Assembly (NCBI GenBank): GCA_030601605.1
Contig: JAUVTI010000002.1
Location: 1-43,743, forward strand
Length of the DNA: 43,743 nt
Direction: 5' to 3'
DNA from: Gemmatimonadales bacterium
GTDB lineage: Bacteria; Gemmatimonadota; Gemmatimonadetes; Gemmatimonadales; GWC2-71-9
Below the pieces are notes generated by a model. That model was not told the DNA's origin, made no database searches, and saw only the letters and a list, made by a program, of their open reading frames with translations. Within the stretch, counting starts at the first letter, position 1; the number at the start of each line of letters is the position of its first letter. Position numbers and translations under genes: made by a program. This document shows positions 40,689 through 43,743 of the stretch, piece after piece.

Positions 40689-41103
40689 GGCGTTTCTTCG
40701 CCTTGCCGACCGCCTTCTTCACCCGCTTCGCGGCCTTGCGAACTGCCTTCTTGACGCGCTTGGCGACCTTCTTCACGGGCCGCTTCTTCGCCGCCTTCTT
40801 CTTTGCCTTCTTCTTTGGCTTGGCCCTCTTCTTGGCCGGCTTCTTCTTGGCCGGCTTCTTTGCCTTGGCCTTCTTCTTCGCCGCCTTCTTCTTGGCGGGC
40901 TTCTTGGGAGCGGCCTGCTTCACCGCCGGCTTCTCGGCCGCGGGCTTGGCGGGCTCCGCGGCGGGCGCGACCGGCTCCGGTCGCGACCAGATGAGCTCAC
41001 CAGGCTTGGGCTCGGAAGACGGCTGCGCCGGCGGGGTCAGTGGCATGGGATCCCACATTCCCGGCCCGCCGGAACCGCCGCCATAGGGATCGGACATCGT
41101 CAT
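40672..41103 (-). CDS. Histone H1-like Lys/Ala/Pro-rich basic protein
   Basis: ATG at 41103 is preceded by GGAGGGAG. A Gly/Pro-rich N-terminus (MTMSDPYGGGSGGPGMWDP) is followed by about 85 aa of KKPAKKKAAKKKAKAKKPAKKK...KRVKKAVRKAAKRVKKAVGKAKKRLKKKR. The underlying DNA is a CTTCTT/GGC low-complexity repeat. The 3' end overlaps the convergent GH15 gene by 17 nt. Confidence 0.65.
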   Translation of the reverse strand: MTMSDPYGGGSGGPGMWDPMPLTPPAQPSSEPKPGELIWSRPEPVAPAAEPAKPAAEKPAVKQAAPKKPAKKKAAKKKAKAKKPAKKKPAKKRAKPKKKAKKKAAKKRPVKKVAKRVKKAVRKAAKRVKKAVGKAKKRLKKKR

Positions 41104-41197
41104 TGGCGCTCCCTCCGGTGAATGACTCCAGGACACTAACGTTTTCCGTGTACCGGGGATGCGCAAGAGGCGGCCAGGCAGAGTGTGGCCCCTCTCC

Positions 41198-41227
41198 TTG
41201 ACACCGCTCCACGGCGAGTCTTAGGTT
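41198..41227 (+). promoter_or_regulatory. Candidate promoter of the Big_2/TolB gene (TTGACA, 18-nt spacer, TAGGTT)
   Basis: Perfect -35 hexamer TTGACA at 41198-41203 and a weak -10, TAGGTT, at 41222-41227, about 58 nt upstream of the ATG at 41285. Confidence 0.25.
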
Positions 41228-41284
41228 GGCTTCATATCTTCCAATCTGAACAGCACTTAGGGGCACTTGCGGGGTATTGAGTCC

Positions 41285-43501
41285 ATGCTTCGACGACTGA
41301 AGGCGCCTGCGATCGTTCTGGCCGGCCTCGCGGTTTTGTTGTCCGCGAGAGCCGATGCCCAGGCCGTCGCGGATCTGGATGTTGCACCCTCCGTCGTCAC
41401 CCTGGCGGTCGGGCAGCGGGTCGAGGTGTTGGCCACCGCGTACGATCGGGACGGCGACATAGCATCGGTCAGCTTCCGGTGGAGCAGCTCCTCTCCCGGT
41501 GTTGTGACCATCGAGGAGGTCAGGGCGCTGCCCGGCGTAGCAAATCTCATCGGCGTCAGCGCCGGTGAGGCGCGAGTTCAGGTCACGGCCGGCAACCAGA
41601 GCAAGACGGTCACGGTAACCGTGACCGGGGGCGCGCTGGCTGGCCCGCAGGGCGTCGGGACCGCGACCGTGCTGCAGATCGATCCCACGCGGCTCTACCT
41701 GTTCCCGGCCGAGGACATCCAGCTCAGGCTCCTCTTCCTCAAGGACGATGGGAGCGCGGCCGCCTCCCAGACCGTGACTTTCCGCTCGTTCCGGCCTGAC
41801 GTGGCCACCGTGGACGCGAGTGGCCGTGTGGTGGGCATCTCCCCCGGGACCGGCCTGATCGAGGCCGCCACCGCTTCCGGGTTGCAGCGACGAGTGCAGG
41901 TGCAGGTCGCGGACGCGCAGTGGGCCTTCGGCGATCCGGTGGTCTCTCTTTCTCCCGCCGTGTCCGACACCGTTCGAGTGGTCGTGCCCTCGCAGCAGAA
42001 CCGGCCCGTGGATCCGCGGGTCCTGCAGTGGGCCACGAGCAACCCGAACATCGTGACCGTCTCGCCGCTCGGGGTCGCGACGGCGATCTCCCACGGGCGC
42101 GCCGAGATCGCGGCCACCGGCTTCGGCCAGGAGCACCGGATTCAGGCCCTGGTACATCGGGAGGTGGACGAGATCCGGGTCCGAAAGCCGGCTGGCGACA
42201 CGGTCATGATCCCGCTGGGTGGGATGGTGACCTTCAGGGCGACGGCGTATGCCGCCGATCGGACTCCGGTTCCGGAGGCGCCGATAATCTGGCTGGTGGG
42301 AGACACGACGATCGCCACCTACAGCGTCGCCGACACCGCGGTGGTAGGGAAGGGGATCGGTACAACGACCATCGGGGTGCGCGCGCCGGGCGGCCTCCAG
42401 CAGTCCTGGACAGTGAACGTCGTGGCAGCCGGTCTGGTGCTCACGGCCGACCGGGTGGGCATGGGCATGGCCGACCGGGCCACCCTGGCAGCCAACTACG
42501 CCGACGAGCTGGGCGCGCCGCTGGCCCGGGCCGCCGCGGTGAGCTGGGCGTCGCTGGATCCGGCGGTGGTCCAGGTGGACGAGAACGGAGTACTCACGCC
42601 CGCCGGGGTGGGCAGGGCCCTCGTCGTGGGCCGGACGCCATGGGGCAACGCCGACACCGCGACCGTAATCGTGCAGGGCGAGATCCTCCTGGCATCGAAC
42701 CGGAGCGGCAACGCCGACATCTACGCGTTCGAGCGCTCGACCCCGAGCCAGCTGCACGCGATCACCCGCACCGAATCGGCGGAGTTCTCGCCTTCCTACT
42801 CGCCCGACGGGACGCGGATTGCGTTCGTGAGCAATCGCGAGGACAGCTTCGACATCTACGTGATCGACGCTGACGGCACGAACGAACGGCGCCTGACCAC
42901 GACGCCGGCCAACGAGGGTGATCCGGCGTGGTCGGCCGACGGCAGCCAGATCGCGTACCACTCGGACGCGGGCGGGACGCTGCAGGTGTGGATCATGAAC
43001 GCCGACGGCTCAAGCCAGCGGCAGCTCACGACCGGGGAGGTCGTGAACCTGCAGCCGGCGATCTCACCCGACGGCCAGACGATCGCGTTCACGTCCGCCA
43101 GGGACGGGAACTACGACGTCTACCTGATGGACCTCGACGGCTCGAACCAGCGTAACGTCACGAACACGGCTGCCCCGATCAACGAGAACGTGCCCGCGTG
43201 GATCGACGACTCGACCCTGGCGTTCGTGCGGGAGGACCGCCGCGGGCGGACCACCACGAGGATCGTGGTGCGCATGACGCTGGACGGGGAGATGACGGCG
43301 CTGACACAACCGCAGTTCACCGTCACCAACTTTGCGGTGTCCAAGAGCGGCGACATGCTCGCCGCGGTGGTGGCCACGCCCGAGTCCGGCGGCCGCTTGG
43401 CGCAGCGCATCATCCTGCTTCCCGTCGGGGAGGGCGCGCCCGTGGAGGTGCCGCTGGCCGGCGAGGACGAGCAACAGGCGACCCCGGCGTTCCGCCGGTG
43501 A
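41285..43501 (+). CDS. Secreted protein with about 5 bacterial Ig-like (Big_2) domains and a C-terminal TolB-like PD40/WD40-like beta-propeller
   Basis: Signal peptide MLRRLKAPAIVLAGLAVLLSARADAQA. Repeated Big_2-like units (WSSSSPGVVTI, FRPDVATVDASGRVVGISPGTGLIEA, WATSNPNIVTVSPLGVATAISHGRAEIAA, WASLDPAVVQVDENGVLTPAGVGRALV). PD40 repeats (SPDGTRIAFVSNREDSFDIYVIDADG, WSADGSQIAYHSD, SPDGQTIAFTSARDGNYDVYLMDLDG). Confidence 0.8.
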   Translation: MLRRLKAPAIVLAGLAVLLSARADAQAVADLDVAPSVVTLAVGQRVEVLATAYDRDGDIASVSFRWSSSSPGVVTIEEVRALPGVANLIGVSAGEARVQVTAGNQSKTVTVTVTGGALAGPQGVGTATVLQIDPTRLYLFPAEDIQLRLLFLKDDGSAAASQTVTFRSFRPDVATVDASGRVVGISPGTGLIEAATASGLQRRVQVQVADAQWAFGDPVVSLSPAVSDTVRVVVPSQQNRPVDPRVLQWATSNPNIVTVSPLGVATAISHGRAEIAATGFGQEHRIQALVHREVDEIRVRKPAGDTVMIPLGGMVTFRATAYAADRTPVPEAPIIWLVGDTTIATYSVADTAVVGKGIGTTTIGVRAPGGLQQSWTVNVVAAGLVLTADRVGMGMADRATLAANYADELGAPLARAAAVSWASLDPAVVQVDENGVLTPAGVGRALVVGRTPWGNADTATVIVQGEILLASNRSGNADIYAFERSTPSQLHAITRTESAEFSPSYSPDGTRIAFVSNREDSFDIYVIDADGTNERRLTTTPANEGDPAWSADGSQIAYHSDAGGTLQVWIMNADGSSQRQLTTGEVVNLQPAISPDGQTIAFTSARDGNYDVYLMDLDGSNQRNVTNTAAPINENVPAWIDDSTLAFVREDRRGRTTTRIVVRMTLDGEMTALTQPQFTVTNFAVSKSGDMLAAVVATPESGGRLAQRIILLPVGEGAPVEVPLAGEDEQQATPAFRR

Positions 43502-43507
43502 GCAGGC

Positions 43508-43531
43508 GCGGGCGGCCGGGTGGCCGCCCGC
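43508..43531 (+). terminator. GC-rich hairpin downstream of the Big_2/TolB gene (possible intrinsic terminator)
   Basis: GCGGGCGGCC-GGGT-GGCCGCCCGC is a perfect 10-bp stem starting 7 nt after the stop. It is followed only by TTCACAT, a weak U-tract. Confidence 0.45.
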
Positions 43532-43553
43532 TTCACATCAGCCCGGATCCACG

Positions 43554-43743
43554 ATGAAAGCACTGGTGATGAGGGGGCATGGCGACCTCTCGCAGTTGGA
43601 GATCGCCGACGTTCCACGACCCGCCGTCACGCGCAGGCACGACGTCCTGGTCCGCCTCCGGGCGGCGTCGCTCAATCACCTCGATCTCTGGACCCTGCAC
43701 GGCCTGCCGGGGGTGTCTCTGTCGTTCCCACACATTCTGGGCG
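43554..43743 (+). CDS. Zinc-type alcohol dehydrogenase/quinone oxidoreductase (MDR family), partial; the 3' end lies beyond the window
   Basis: The ATG at 43554 gives MKALVMRGHGDLSQLEIADVPRPAVTRRHDVLVRLRAASLNHLDLWTLHGLPGVSLSFPHILG, a typical MDR N-terminus (LN..D......G......P.ILG). Confidence 0.7.
   Translation, partial: MKALVMRGHGDLSQLEIADVPRPAVTRRHDVLVRLRAASLNHLDLWTLHGLPGVSLSFPHILG

Noticed and set aside
40680-40960. Repetitive CTTCTT/GGC DNA, considered as a CRISPR array or non-coding satellite
   Set aside because: There is no regular repeat-spacer periodicity. The repeats are in frame and encode the Lys/Ala-rich tail of a protein with a good ribosome-binding site, so this is coding low complexity.
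36895-42961. Long ORFs 36895..38388 (+), 38799..40331 (-) and 40997..42961 (-)
   Set aside because: They are antisense to the amidohydrolase, GH15 and Big_2/TolB genes respectively. They are Arg/His/Gly/Pro-rich without motifs, i.e. shadow ORFs.
1-43743. Search by eye for tRNA/rRNA genes, IS elements, integrases, toxin-antitoxin pairs and defence-system hallmarks
   Set aside because: No intergenic gap exceeds about 180 nt. I saw no cloverleaf-like or rRNA-like sequence, and no transposase, integrase, nuclease or helicase-type protein. The window looks like core chromosome rather than a mobile or defence island.

Overview
This is a GC-rich bacterial chromosomal window. By eye I found no rRNA, tRNA, CRISPR array or recognisable mobile element. 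There are about 40 protein-coding genes, packed very tightly, and many share 1-, 4- or 8-nt start/stop overlaps. The six-frame track is full of long Arg/Pro/Gly/His-rich shadow ORFs, which is typical of high-GC DNA. I resolved the real genes from protein-family motifs, signal peptides and start-codon context, so many true starts lie inside the listed ORFs. Two genes running off the window ends and one Sec-containing gene are missing or truncated in the track.

Left part: a partial S9A prolyl oligopeptidase; a large PAS/HisKA/HATPase/2xREC/HPt hybrid sensor kinase; an envelope cluster with two DUF3179 paralogues flanking a small secreted Cys protein and a propeller-TlpA thioredoxin fusion; a CPA1 antiporter; a GT2 glycosyltransferase; a thioesterase, two SDRs and an aldehyde dehydrogenase; and an EF-G-2-like GTPase paralogue whose G4 motif looks degenerate.

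Middle part: a roughly 15 kb uninterrupted minus-strand array (19341-34428). It holds a four-gene translationally coupled operon (two Ddl-like ATP-grasp ligases, a GNAT and a KamA-type 2,3-aminomutase), then thyA-folA, an FAD-linked oxidase plus squalene synthase, membrane proteins and lipoproteins, a thiolase, an IPMDH-family dehydrogenase, a zinc-ribbon protein, dCMP deaminase, RNase HI, and a selenocysteine-containing selD (in-frame TGA plus a SECIS-like hairpin).

Right part: a NiCoT-like transporter (possibly leaderless), two amidohydrolases, a SnoaL-like lipoprotein, a GH15 hydrolase, a histone-H1-like Lys/Ala/Pro-rich protein, a Big_2 plus TolB-propeller secreted protein, and a partial MDR oxidoreductase.

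The best candidate for an undescribed system is the ATP-grasp/ATP-grasp/GNAT/KamA operon. I predict it makes an (acetylated) beta-lysine-containing peptide-like metabolite or modification. The second candidate is the DUF3179/TlpA envelope cluster. All functional calls come from motif recognition without database searches.
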